In this document: positions 12,965 through 28,525 of the stretch, piece after piece | Layout: each line of letters starts with the position of its first letter | Numbering within the stretch: position 1 is the first letter of the stretch | From: the human T2T-CHM13v2.0 reference genome, Homo sapiens | Length of the DNA stretch: 64,000 nt | Assembly (NCBI RefSeq): GCF_009914755.1 | Contig: NC_060926.1 | Strand: one strand, 5' to 3' | The notes under the pieces: model-generated | What the model saw: the letters and a program-made list of their open reading frames with translations, nothing else | Databases searched by the model: none | What the model was told of the DNA's origin: nothing | Position numbers and translations under genes: made by a program

Positions 12965-13999
12965 CTCTAGAGATATGGATCACACTGTGAAAAAGCCTTC
13001 CGATTTGTATGCCTGTGCCTGAACACATTAATTAAATTGCTTTCATTAATTACATCTTATCAAAAAGATATGAGCTTAGATGAAAGTGTATTTTGCAGAA
13101 TAAAATGAAACATCCGGGGACATCCATTCTGTCATTCTTCAGGTATATCTTTGCCACTGTTTACAGCAAATTTAAGTCTGTTTAAAGGGGGGAATCATGG
13201 CCAAGAACGCTCTTGAAACTTCATAAAGCTGTTCAGATATCATATTAATATCAGACTCTGCCTCTGGGAACCTGAAGTGTTTTCAGTCTGCCACCTTTGG
13301 TAAGTCCAAGTTTAAGGTGCATTTAATTAACATGACATGAAAAGAGAAGGATATTCCAGGTGTTGATTTTTCTCCAACAAGTTTTTCCTCACATGAATCC
13401 TATGCAGAGACTCGGTTTCACTATATCCCAAATAGCAAACCTTCAGTCTAAGTGAAGCATAGATTGAAAATGCCCAGCTATTGTGGAAATATGACATTGA
13501 ATATAATGCTTTCAGAGGAAAGGAAAATCTAACAGAAATTCAATATAATGGAGGCACATTGCATGCTACATTTACATCCATTTTTAAATCTCATTTAAAT
13601 AAAGATTTCCCTTGTCTAAAAGATTATTTATTTAGAATGAACTAATATTCATTGAGCATCAATTATGTGCCAAGGGCATACACAAACCTTTTTGTATGTA
13701 AGTATCACACTAACCTTAGAGAATCTGAGTCAGACAGGTTACATCACCGGCCTAACCACATATAGTAAGAAGAGAAACCTGGGATCTAATTCAAGTCTCT
13801 CAATTCCAAGTCCAGATTTGATACACAATATCCCACCGCAGCCCTGGAGATAGCAGTTTTTTTACTTATTATAAAGAGACTAGGAAGAATTTTCACCTAG
13901 TTTTAAACAAATATAAAAGAATGACACTTGTAATCATTTAGCTCATTTAGTGTAAAATCCCTTAGATTCAGTTTAGTAATGGTGGTTGTATTTTTCTTA

Positions 14000-14350
<351 letters not shown>

Positions 14351-14793
14351 TTATGATAAATATAATTCAAGGGATTCTAGGGGGAGAACTTTAGGGCTCC
14401 CTACCCAGCAGCTCTTTTCCATTTTTTCTTATAATATTTTGTAATTCTATCATTTTAAATGCATTATTTTGGGAAATCATGTTGCATATGTTAAAACTGC
14501 CCCTGTGTCTCAGTGCACATTAATTAGGGTGACATAGAGGTTAGCTGACTTTCCAACCTGGATGGATTGAAAGTGTTTGTTTAGAGCTTTGTAATAAGTA
14601 GAATTCTGAGGTCATGTCCAGGTTCAATAGGCTCAATTATCAATGTCAGTTAAGGGAGGGGGTAATAGTAGTAGCAAACATAACTTAATTGTCACCACTC
14701 CATTAAGCAATCACTAAAACCTCAGTGTGAATTTATCTAACCTTCCTAGCTCTTAAAAAAGAGGGAGAGAAAAGATAATTCTGAAGCCAGAGA

Positions 14794-14910
14794 TGGGATG
14801 ACCATATAAGTTATTTTGCATACCAAAGCACTTTTGAGAGAAAATGGGGGTCTTTAACAAAATACCAGGACAATATATGACAATTGTCACTGTATGGTAT
14901 GGTCATCTTA
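14794..14910 (+). mobile_element. MER81-like hAT MITE
   Basis: TIRs tgggatgaccata / tatggtcatctta, internal cacttttgagagaaaatggggg. Confidence 0.7.
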
Positions 14911-15975
14911 GCTCTGGGGAAAGGCCATCTCTCACTACCAAAAATATATATTGAAGAGTTCCTCCCTAAGCACACCAAAGTCTCTTTCCTGATGCTATGG
15001 CTTTTTCAGAGCTGCAGCTTCCAGGGACCATATTTCTCCAATACTGCAGAGGAAATTTGAGGAACACAAGCAATTGTGTCTGGGTAGGATTCCTGAAACC
15101 CTTAGAGATTCATTATGAAACATGTGAAAGAAATTCAGTCAATTTGCAATTTTTTTCAGAGGCTGATTATCCAACTAATGCATTGTCTTGACCCTTGTTT
15201 TATTTCTCTCACCAGTTAATTTAGCAATATGTCAGTTCTAATAAAAAGATTTGATGAGGAAAAAGATGACACGATTACATGAAATGAGTTTGGGGAATTG
15301 CCGACAGATTTCAATTATCCGTGTTACTCTCAGTGAAGGCTGATTGACTGTGAAGAGTGGTGATTTATCAGGACAGCCTTGCTACTTCTCAGATGTAACT
15401 GTCCTTGTTCTTTTTGCCTTTTTTATACAGAACATACATTGCATGTGCATTTAACACACAGACCTTCACTTTCTCTGTTCTGTAATCTGTGATTAACAAG
15501 ATTGTAAAGAATTAGCTTGCAATATTATTTAATAATAAAATAATTAATAAAGGCATAAAACCATTCAATGTTAAATGACTTTTTATTGGGTGCTTTTGTT
15601 CTGGATACAAAGAAGAAGAAAACATTGGTGAACTACTCCTTTGAAGAGAAGGTAAGCAATGGCAGCCCCACAGTGGCATACACAGTTACTAAATTGTCTT
15701 TTAAATGCAATTATTATGTAAGCTTGACAGAATATTTGAAATGAAATGAATGTGCTATAAATATTAAAAAATATATTACCAGGAAAGGTACTGACTTCTT
15801 CATTAATTTGCAGCAGCCCTTTCCAAGTTTGGGTGTATATTCTCTTTCTCAATTCAAATCTTGATCATCCTTCTGAGTACCTTCTGCTGAACTTGCCGAT
15901 GTCTATTGCAGATCTAAGGATGATCTTGGCTTGTAGCTTTTAATGAAAACAATATCTGTTTTCTATGGATTTATA

Positions 15976-17590
15976 TAGGCACATCTCAGAGATATTGTGG
16001 ATTCAGTCGCAGACCCCCACAACAGAGCAAATATCACAATAAAGGGACTCACAAAATTTTTGGTTTCCCAATGCATATAAAAGTTATGTCTATATTATAG
16101 TCTATTAAGTGTAAAATAGCATTATAACCAAAAAAGTATGTAGATTAATTAAAAATACATTGTAGCTAAAAAAAATGCTAGCAATCATCTGAGCCTTCAG
16201 CGAGTTGTAATCTTTTTGCTGGTGAAAGGTCTTGTCTCCAGGTTGATGGCTACTAATTGATCAAGGTAGTGGACGCTGAAGGTTACAGTAGCTGTTGCAA
16301 TTTCTTAAAATAAGACAACAATGAACGTCGCCACATTGATGAACTCTATTTTCACGAAAGATTTCTCTGGATCATGCAATGCTATTCAATAGCATTTCAC
16401 CCACAGGAGAACTTTCAAAATTGGAGTTAACCCTCTCAAAACTTGCTGCTGTGTTATCAATTAAGTTTACGTAATATTCTGAATCCTTTGTTGTCATTTC
16501 ACAAACGTTCACAGCATCTTCACTAGGAGTAGAGTCCATCTCAAGAAACCACTTTCTTTCCACAAGAAGTAATTCCTCATTCCTTCAAGATCTATCAGGA
16601 GATTGCAGCAATTCAGTCATTCTTCAGGCCCTACTTCCAATTCTAGTTTTCTTGTTATTTCAACCACATGCATTGAACCCTTCAGTCATTCATGAGAGTT
16701 GGAATCAACTTTCAAACTCATGTTTATGTTAATATTTTGACCTTCTTCCATGAACCATAAATGTTCTTAATAGCATCTAGGATGGTAAATCCTTTCTAGA
16801 AGATTTTCTATCTACTTTGCCCAGATCCATCAAAGGAATGATTATCTATGACATTTATAGCCTTATTAAATGCAGTTCTTAAACATTAACACTTGAAAAT
16901 CAAAATTACTCCTTGATTCATGGGCTGCAGAATGGAAGTTGTGTTAGCAGGCATGAAAACATTATTAATTTCCATGTATATCTCCACCAGAGATCTCAAG
17001 TGACCAGATTCATTGTCAATGAGCAGTAATATATTTTGATAGGAATCTTTTTTTATGAGCAGTAGGCTTCAAAAGGGGGCTTAAAATATTCAGTAAACCA
17101 TGCTGTAAACAGATGTGCTGCAATCCAGGCTTTGTTATTCCATTTATAGAACCCAGGTAGTAGATTTAGCATAATACATAGGGGCCCTAGGATTTTTGGA
17201 ATAGTAAATGAGCATTGGCCGTCACTTAAAGTTACCAGCTGCATTAACCTCTAACAAGATGGTGTGTCCTTGGAGCAGTCAGAGCACATACATTTATTGA
17301 TTAAGTTCAACATCTTATTTGGGTGCAGTTCATGGCTTCCAAAACAATTATCACAGTAATGTCGAAGATCACTGGTAACAGATCACCACAATAGATATAA
17401 TAATGAAAAGTTTGAAATATTGAGAGAATTACCAAAATGTGACACAGAATCACTAAGTGAGCACGTTCTGTTGGAAAAGTGGTTCCAATGGACTTGTTGG
17501 ATGCAGGATTGACATAAACCTTCATTTTATAAAAAATGCATTATCTGCTAAGTCCAATAATGTGAAGTAGAGTAAAACAAGGCATGCCTG
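15976..17590 (-). mobile_element. Tigger1 DNA transposon, internally deleted
   Basis: Both TIR regions present (taggcacatctcagagatattg... and ...aaaacaaggcatgcctg). Decayed transposase peptides ([39 protein letters not shown]). About 1.6 kb versus about 2.4 kb for the consensus. Confidence 0.92.
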
Positions 17591-17753
17591 TTGTTATCTC
17601 ACATAATAGTTTAACTTATGAATTATGATATGACTTTTTACAAGAGAAACCAGTATTATATCCCAAACCATGCTGTGAATTCACTAAGGGTGAGGGTCAT
17701 TTATGATCTATCTTTGTATTTCTCCCCAAGATCTAACAGAGTTTTGAATGTAT

Positions 17754-17830
17754 TTAGGTCAGGCCATACAAAATTGCCTATATTTGATCATTTGTGATCT
17801 GTAGAAACGACAATTCAATATGGTTCAATT
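17754..17830 (+). mobile_element. MADE2 mariner-derived MITE
   Basis: About 80-bp palindromic element ttaggtcaggccatacaaaattgcc ... gacaattcaatatggttcaa. Confidence 0.75.
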
Positions 17831-17976
17831 TCCCAGTAGTTATTCCAGAAATAATTGTGAAATGAGTCAGATTATGTTAAAATTTTACATTCTTATTTGT
17901 AAATGTATATATTTATGTATACATATACACATTTAAACATATGCATACACACACAAATATATATATATGCTAATGA

Positions 17977-18323
<347 letters not shown>

Positions 18324-20201
18324 TAATTTTTTGAGTAGACATCCAGGCCCAAATAGCCCTTTCAGTTCAGTAGCTTCTAGATGGTATTTTGTTTTTAAAG
18401 AAATAAATGTGACCACCTCTTTTCCAGGGAAATAACTGTAGCTGAGATAACAGATCATAAATCCCTAACTCTCTAGGAATGGTAATACCTATATGGAATT
18501 ATTTTCTCTGACTGTATGCTTGCTGATAATATTCTTCTGTAGAGTAATATTAGTGATAGAGATCTTTATTTTGAGTGCATGAAGTGTGCCAAGCACTGCT
18601 GTAAACATTTCACATCTATTAATTCATTGAGTCCTTGCTTCAATCTTATAAAATACATAATACTATTTTCTTCATTTTTCACATGAGGAGATTGAGATAT
18701 GATGTAAAGTCATGTGTTCAAGATCCCACAAGTAATGATGAAACTGGCTGTTAAATTCAGGCAGTCTGGATTCAATTCTTCTTTTAAATACCATACAACC
18801 TTGTATCAATAAACATATATGTATTTTAAAAAATTAGAATAAGCTAAAAGTTATTTAGCCCTGTAAAATGTACAGCATATGATGAAGCATTTATAATTTG
18901 GAGTTATAGAGTTCAACAGAGTATACCTAAGGTTGGAGACCTCTTTTATAAATAGTTTTATAAACTATTAGCTCTTTTATGAATAACTTGAAATCATTTT
19001 GAATTATAGCGCCTTAGTTCCCTGCGTTAAAAAGTGGAATTTATAGCACCAATTCCTTTGTAGGAATTTATAAGAGGAGAAAGAATAATAGATCATATAA
19101 CATGTGTTAATAAGAATCCTTAATTAATTAGACAGTTTTTTCACATTTGGTTATGAATGAATGGATGGAAATACTTTTGTAAAATTATGTTTAATTCTAC
19201 CTTTCTGTAATAAGTATATTTTTCAGTACAGATTAATTTCTCTAATACTTGAAAACTAGAAACTTATACAAAAGTCACACAAGCAGAGAATTATTAATGC
19301 TGCTTAACTGGGTATACATATATATATCTCTACACATATATATGTGTAGATATATATGCATGTATATCATGTATATTACATATATACACAATACATACAC
19401 ATAACAATATGCTTAGTAACAGCATTTGTGTTAATTTACATCTATAAGAATTTTTATAATTTAATATTTTTGCAATAAATGAAATAACTCACTGTGATTG
19501 CTTCTGAATTGGGATGAGAAGAAACATATACTTCCCTGGAATTCAGCAGCAAACAGTGACAAAAGCATTAGATGGGGAACCAGGATCGTGGACATTCTAC
19601 TTCAAGTTTTGGGGCCTTAGGTTTGATTGGCTGGGAAAATGAGGTAGTTAAATTCTATGATTTTATGTTGTTCAAGGGTTTTTGCAAGTATCTTAGAGCA
19701 TAGTTTCTTTTTTTTTTTTTATATCAGCTCTTAAGTCTATGTTCTAGAAAATACAATTCTGTTTTTCTTAATAAAATAAGCCCAGCATACCCTTTGTTTT
19801 ATGGAAATATCAAAAGCAAAACAGCCCTAAAGTTTTCTTAGATACAGATTTAGTAACTTAATATAATATGTTGAGTCATTCAAAATGCATGAACATTTTT
19901 CTGAAAGGAGATGCAAGAAACTGTTATTCGTGGCTAAGTTTAAGAAGAAGTACTGGTGAAAAGTCTTGGGTTGAGGTAGTATGGCAGTGGAGGCTTATGA
20001 TTTTCTATGCCTGAATTTTCTCATCATTTCCATGAATTAAAATTTTAATGTTATCAAGGCTTACTTGGGAAAGCAAACCGTGAGCCATTTTGTTGTTTGT
20101 TTTTATTGTTGTTTCTACTTTAGGAAGAGTGCTTAAAATTTCAAATTAAATGAATGTTCAAGTTCAACTGACAAGAAAAAAGTGGCGTAAGGCAAGGTTA
20201 C

Positions 20202-20307
20202 CTTCTTACAGGCTGTGATGGAGTTCCCCGGGCCGCTTCCTGAGCTGCCACAGCCTCTGCCCTGCTGCGGTTCCAAAACGTCATACATCCGTGATGACTC
20301 CAAGTTG
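20202..20307 (-). CDS. SPHKAP: Internal coding exon (exon 2) of SPHKAP, SPHK1-interacting AKAP-domain protein (SKIP)
   Basis: Minus strand reads ...gggtcacaaacAG|C AAC TTG GAG TCA...TGT AAG AAG|GTaacc. The exon is 106 nt (1 + 35 codons) and translates to NLESSRMYDVLEPQQGRGCGSSGSGPGNSITACKK, matching my recollection of the SPHKAP N-terminus (MDGNSLLSVPS-NLESSRMYDVLEPQQGRG...ITACKK-VLRSN). Locally GC/CpG-rich. No neighbouring exons recognised in the window. Confidence 0.93.
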
Positions 20308-20897
20308 CTGTTTGTGACCCAAAACACAAAAACACATTCCAGTGAGTCATATCTATATTTGGAAATAAATAATAAGTAAATCACAACATGGTGTATCAAA
20401 AATCATCTTTTTCAGATTGCATTAAACACTGCAAATCCCCCTGCTGAAATGGACATTTCTTTGTTGCATACACTTTTGTAATTGGCAGAACCACTACAGA
20501 TGATCCTACTGTGATCATGAAAGTACAGCCCAATGCCTTCCACAGTGCTTTGATGGACATCATTGCATCTGTCTGACTACTGGCCTTGTTAGCATCTTCT
20601 CTTAAGCAAGCAGCTTTAAAACCCAAATAAATTTTTCTCAATTGCCACATTAATTCAGCTCTGAAAACACCAACACATAACAAAATATTCATTTTATTTT
20701 TTAAAATGGAGGTAAAATATAATTTTAATCTGGACTCAGAATAGTACCATTAAAAAGAAATGTGGACTTTAGAAAATGCAGGTAATGTCTTTACCATTCC
20801 TGCAGCTGGAGATAGCTCCTCAAATTCTCTATCTCCAAAATTATAGACTTATATCCCTCCCCCTGTCTCTGTCAAATCTTCTTAATGGGCTTGACTA

Positions 20898-21597
<700 letters not shown>

Positions 21598-22226
21598 TTA
21601 TTATCAAACTTTTAAAATAATATGACTGGAAACTCAAAATTAAACCTCATGTAAATATAAAAAATTATCTAAATGTTATATGCATTTCTAAATATTCTTC
21701 TTCTGAAAATATAATAATTTGGACTTTTAAAATGTACTGATAGCTTAGGTCTATTGGTTTAATATTTGTTCTTGTTGACCACATAGAACATGCACAATTC
21801 ACTAACATGTACTTTTGGAACATAATCTGATAGTTCTGTATAAAATTTTCAATGCAACATGTAGATGTTTTCTCTTAAAACAAGTGCTAAATAAAAGATC
21901 AGTTAAATAAACAATTTATTTCTAACTAACCTATAACTCTCATGTTTCAAGCACTAAATTCATCAATTTTCAATTAGCCATAAGTCACACAGGGCATTAG
22001 TGTAGCCTTTTGGCATTTCCATTATTATGGAATGACATTTTAAAAAATGACCACTGACTGTGCTGTGTAACAAATCATAGATTCAGGCAAAATCTGCACA
22101 GAGTAATTAAAATAAAATCTGTTTTGTTAAAATTTTTTATATATTACTTTTTGAGCAATTGTCACTTGAGGGCTAGAGTGAACCTAATGCACATGAAAGG
22201 ATAACACCCATATTATCTTTGCTTAG

Positions 22227-22523
22227 CTGAGGAAAGATAAAAGAAAGGAAGGAAGGAAGAGAGGAAGGAAGGAAAGAAAAAGAGAGAGAAAGAAGAAAGA
22301 AGTAAAGAAAGGAAGGAAGGAAGGGAGAGAGAGAGAGAAAGAAAGAGAAAGAGAAAGAAAGAAAGAGGAAGAAAAGGAAGAGAAGGGAGGGAGAAAGACA
22401 GAAGGAAGGAGGGAGGGAGCGAGGAAGGAAGGAAGGGAAGGAGGGAGGGAGGAAGGAAGGAAGGAAGGAAGGAAAGAAATAAAGAAGGAAGGAAAGAAAC
22501 AGAGGAAGAAAGCAGGAAAAAGA
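22227..22523. repeat. GA-rich purine tract, (GGAA)n/(GAAA)n
   Basis: About 300 bp of almost pure purines on the plus strand. Confidence 0.95.
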
Positions 22524-23206
22524 AATTAGCTCCATTTCCTGGCTGCCAATCCCGACCTATTCTGCCACCTAGCCTTTCTGAGTCTTAGTCTCATCATTTA
22601 TAAATGACATGTTTGGACTAAAGTGTGTGGTTCCCTCATGGCTCTGGAAGTCACTTGGCGAAATATCAGAGATGACCTAAGTTTTCAGCCCCTATCTTTA
22701 CAGGTTTCCTACAATGTGGGCCTATAACTTTTTAGGCTGCCACTTACTTACCCAAGCGTGGACATCTCTTTGAATGCTTTCTTGTCCACAGGACAGTTTG
22801 GCTTTTACCAAAAGGCCGAACAGCTATTATTGTTAGGTTCTAAATAGTTTACATGTGGAAGATAAGGCCATGCACCAAGCTAACTTTGAACTTGACCTCT
22901 AAGTCAAGTTATATGACTCCTTCTAGGAGCCAGCCAAGGCCCTGTGTGCAGTTCAGAGAGACAGGATGTAGGGTCCCACAGCTCTGTGTCCTGTTGCTAC
23001 TGTGTCCTCCAGGCAGCTCTGATGGGCTAGTAGATCCCTTCCATGCAGGCCATCCCTGGACTTATGCCCAGTACTAAGACATCTCCCATGACTTTTCGCA
23101 GGGCTGGAGACTGCAGGAGTAGGAAATGGGCAAACTGAGAAGAAAGGCTGACACAGACCTCAGGCCGCTCCTTCCAGATATGAAACGTCATAGAAAGACC
23201 ACTTCA

Positions 23207-23536
<330 letters not shown>

Positions 23537-24805
23537 TCACTCTAGAAGGAAATCACATCTAAATTGGGCAGAGATGGTTAGGTCCAAAATTGGGGTGATG
23601 TAAAAATAGAGAAAACTAAAAGGTCGGCCTTGAAAACTACTTATTTGCCCATGAAGCACTTTTATTTATGGCTTTAGATAGACAATCTGCTACAGTACTT
23701 TTTATGCACCCAAAAGTTTAAGAACTGCTGAGCTCATCTAATAGAAGGAAGTAATGGCAAGTCTACCTACAGATATCTTGGTATGAAAGTTTTTCTGCCT
23801 CTAAGGTGACTGTACAATCCTAGTTGAAAACGAAGTTATGGAAGGGAATTAGAAAGTTTTTTTTTGCTTGCCTGCAAGGCTGATGCCATTTGTTCTAATG
23901 CTAAGCCTGTATAGCATTAATAAATAAATTTAACTATATATATGCACCTATGTAGTTGTTCATTGTTGTGAGTATTAAACGAGGAAGTTGAGTCACATGG
24001 TGGGGCAAAAATTAATGCATTACTAGATGACAAGTGTAATGCAACTTCACTACACCCATATTTAAAGCAAATGCATCTTCTGAAACATATTGTATATCAC
24101 TTTAATGATGCCTAATATCAAAGAAAATGTAGGTAGGCTTATGTTTTAAAGCATGTAATATGAGTGTGCATTTCCAATAGGTGACTTTACAACATGGCCC
24201 AGTCTGTTCCCATACCTTTTGGATGGAGAAAGAATTTTTAGAGTATTTACAATGATGCTGTCCGTGATCTCTAGAGAAGCAGAACATTTGCTTTTACAGG
24301 ATGAGGCAGAGATGGCAGTGATATGAAACTCATACATTTATTAAAATGAGCTGAAATTGACATTAAAAGAATTGCTGTCAAGATACAGTACAGCTTTATA
24401 ACTTGCTCCTAATGGGTAAGCCGGCAAATTCTTCCCTGGGAGATTTTCCTTTGATTTTGACAAGTGTTGACAATATTTATTAAGCACAACCTTTCAAACT
24501 GGTTTCATGCTGAAACCGTTAAGTGTGTTTCAATGAGGATGTACATAAACATGGGAAAGAAGGCACAAAACCAAATTTGAAGTAGTGATTTTAAACCAGA
24601 CTTCCATAAAGCAGCTTTCTTTATAGAACAATTTCATATATTAATAAATGAGATGCTAAGTTGCCACTGTACTGCTACCACTGCAGTGACTCATGCAGTA
24701 TGAAGAAGTAGGTCACATCAATAGTGAAAATAGCCTAGGGAATATCCAGTTATTTCCCTAGAGAGAGATGGATCCAGTTACTGGAAACTGAGCTGTCTAT
24801 ACATT

Positions 24806-24954
24806 GCAATGCAAAGTTTGGTCCACGGACCAGCAGCATTGGTGTCACTTGGGAGCTTGTTAGACACCCAGAAACTCAGAATTACTAAATCAGAATCTGC
24901 ATATTGATATTAAACTCAGGTAATTTATACATCCATTAGAGTTTGAGAAACACT
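24806..24954 (+). mobile_element. MER5A-like hAT-Charlie element
   Basis: aaagtttggtccacggaccagcagcattggtgtcacttgggagcttgttaga ... aatcagaatctgcat ... gtttgagaaacact. Confidence 0.75.
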
Positions 24955-26199
24955 TACGTAACATATTAAATTGAATTCACCTTCCATTTGCCTGTGGGAC
25001 ACCATTCTGATACTGAGAAAAATAGATCAGAGTAAAAGAGATGGGGCAAACAGAGATAAAGAGGCTTGGGTGTAATATCCTCATGATATTACTTCATTTA
25101 GGAATATTCTACCTAGTCCCCACCTTCCCTTCTTGATAATTCCTACTCTGTCCTTTGGGTCTCAGCTTATAAATTACCTCTGGTACCTCCCTTCTCTCTT
25201 CCCCCTGCCAAGGAGGCCACTTCTCCTCTCCCACACACCTCCAGTGCCCCATGCACACACAAACACACTTACGCTCCTGCCTCGTTCCCACCCACATATT
25301 CCCACCCCACTCCAACCCAGGAAGTGAGACACTCTTCTTGTGTATTCCAACAGCACTCTGAGCCATATCTTGTTTTAGCACTTGTCCAAAAGGCATACAA
25401 TTTTGTAATATTTGTCTCTTTCCAGTTTAGGCTGTAAGTTCTAAAAGGGCAGGGGATCACTTAGGACACAGGACAGCGCCAGTCAGTGGGAGATGCCCAA
25501 CAAGCACTTATTGAAGTTGTATGTTCTTATCTTTCTGAGCATCCTGGTTAACCTCAAAAATTAGGCACAAACAAGTGTTTGAATTTAATGCTAAATTTTC
25601 TGCAGTGCTGACAGTTGGTGAGATAAGCCACATCTGAGAAGATAATTTAAAGAATTTCCCAGGATAGTTCTAATGAAAAGAGATTCTGCTGTTATGCTTG
25701 CTAAAATGTCAAGTAAACACAGTGTAAAGTTAAACCATTTTAACAGATTCTAAAAGATAAGATTCGCTCTTGTCTTCTCCCTCCTTAAAGAATGCTCTTG
25801 GTGAAATGTAGTAATTATAATTCATTTGATTGTCTCAACCCTATTAGGGATATCTACTCTTGAGCTTTATATTAAATCCTTTAATCCCAACACTAGAAAA
25901 AAAAATTAAAACTCAGAGCTACCAGAAGAGATCTTGAGCAAGGAATTGAGATGTTGTCATTAAAATCAATTTAACAACATATGACAACCAAAAATTGAGA
26001 GGATTTTAAAATTTGCCTTCACACAGTTCAAAATGAAAGTTTTCTCAAGTGAATGTTCTTATTTTACCCTCTTAAATTACCCAAAGTAATTTACCTGTTA
26101 CATGAAGCCCAGAGGTTTAGGTCAATTTTTCAAAAACTGACTTGTTTTAAACATCACGTGAGATGTTAGTGTCTCCTATCTTCCTCTTCTAACCAATCT

Positions 26200-26637
26200 T
26201 GACAAAGACTCTTTTCTTGACCAAACTTTAGTCAAGCTCCTTTGAGACATCTTCTCAGCTAGTCCTGGACCTTGGCCTGCTGAGCCCAGCTGTAGAGAAG
26301 AATCCTGCTCAGTCAGTTTAGAAAGAATTCTCACATCCAAATATCTGATCAACTTCCTCATCTGCCCACTTTTGATACTTAAGTCCTTGGCCTGTCTAGT
26401 AAGCACCCCGTTAGGACAGTTTAGCAAGAATCCCCTGCTGTTGACATCCCCTCTTAGTAATTTTCTGTTCACTAACCCCTTCACTCTGCCTGTGGGGTAT
26501 AAATTTCCACTCGTCCTTGCTGTATTAGGAGTTAACCTCAGTTCTGCACCGACAGCTCTCACTCCTGCTGCAATAACTTGCATAAAATCTGTTTTAACAA
26601 TTTAAATATGTATCCAGTACAAAATTTTTCATTTACT
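26200..26637 (+). mobile_element. MER31-like ERV1 solo LTR
   Basis: Starts tgacaaagactc...cttgaccaaactttagtcaagctcct, with repeated agaatcc motifs and TATA-like gtataaa. Confidence 0.75.
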
Positions 26638-28137
26638 GCTGTGTACATTTTTCTGGTTTCATCTCCTAGGTAAGAAGTTTATATTTTTTTTCTTTCTTTC
26701 CTAGGTTGGACATGTCATGTCATTCATGCAAATTAAATATGTCACCAACTCATTGGTAGCTGAAAGACCTACAAAATCCTCATTTATTCTGTAGGATTTT
26801 AGAAAATGTGTCATAGGAAACTATTACCAAACCTTGAAAATATTTAGAAGCCATCATTTTATGTTCTGTTTCAATACTTAAAGGTGGCTCCATAGCTGTA
26901 AAATAAATTCCAGACTTCTTAATCTCCTAGACCAGTAAAATAAAAATAACCATGGCAGTAATAATGTTATAAAGGTCCCAGCATTTTATTTTCCCAAATA
27001 AACTTCAAGAAAACCCCTTATAGTTCTGCTTTAACCATCATTCTTCAAATAAAGGGCTTTGTAATGGTGTAGCAAGAAACTGTGATGTATTATCCAAGAA
27101 TGAAGGATGTTTCTTTTCAAGAAAAGATGGGTGAGAACATTTTATTACAGCTTTTTGTCTTCAGATTGGTGAAAATGTTGTTGCAGACCTGAGTTTGGGT
27201 TTCACTTTTTGAGGTATTGGTAAGTGGCAATAAAGAAAATATAAACAGGTCATTCATTATTAATCATAAAACAAGTGTCCCATTCTTAGAAGAAAGAATG
27301 GCCTCAAATTTAGCTATCCTCTAATTCAATCTTGATTATTAAAAGAAGATGAAAAGCAAAGACACTACTTAGTATTGTTATTTCATTTGAGATGTAATTT
27401 TTAAATATCAACAGCGGAAAAATTCCCTATTTTCAGTTCCGAAATCTTTTTTCAACAATAGCCAATATAATGTTTTCTCTAAAACACTATGTTGAATATT
27501 GTTCAATTAATGCTTTTTTATTTAGGCAACTCTAAATCTATCAGATATACCCAGTAAAATGTGAAATCTCTTCTTAAACAGATACTATATAAAATATCTG
27601 GATTATATTAGAAAAGACAATCAAATAGTAAACTTCCTAATGTAAGAAAACAGCTGTACTTCCAAATAGAATGTTATTGGAGATTATATGACAATATAAA
27701 ATAACACTTACTGAACAATCTGTGCTTTGTAAATTGATATATTATCTCTCATTAAGAAGACAATAACAAGTTATTTCCTATGGTTTGATCACTGCTGTAC
27801 AGATTTACTAGTTTTATATCTTTAAAAGCTGTTTCACAATCTCAGGCTTTCCCAAGACCCCAACTATAATCCCTCATTCCGAAAAAGTATCAAGCAAGTG
27901 AGCATGATAACTTAGCCTTTTTCTCTTTTCTCTTTCATTTTTTAATGAAGGCTATGGGGGAATTTTTTCAAAATGTGTGCCCTACAAATAATGTGTATAA
28001 AAACATTATTTTAATGTAAGATAGAAAGTACACATTCCTGCTGCTAAGTTAATTTTGCATGAATATGTGCATATTTATACATGAATACCACTAGATGGTT
28101 ACTATAGAAATATTTATCCCTAGAGTTCTTTATTTCT

Positions 28138-28525
<388 letters not shown>

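Noticed and set aside
19329-19350. 22-bp perfect palindrome (also a 10-bp hairpin at 564-587)
   Set aside because: The palindrome arises in (TA)/(CA)-rich low-complexity sequence, and short hairpins are expected by chance in 64 kb of AT-rich DNA.
20133-20399. 88-aa ORF as a standalone gene
   Set aside because: Only 20202-20307 is exonic. The flanks are intronic read-through past clear AG and GT sites.
25471-25480. REST/NRSE right half-site ggacagcgcc (similar ggacagcacc near 42134)
   Set aside because: No TCAGCACC left half at canonical spacing, and this one lies in an L2 remnant.
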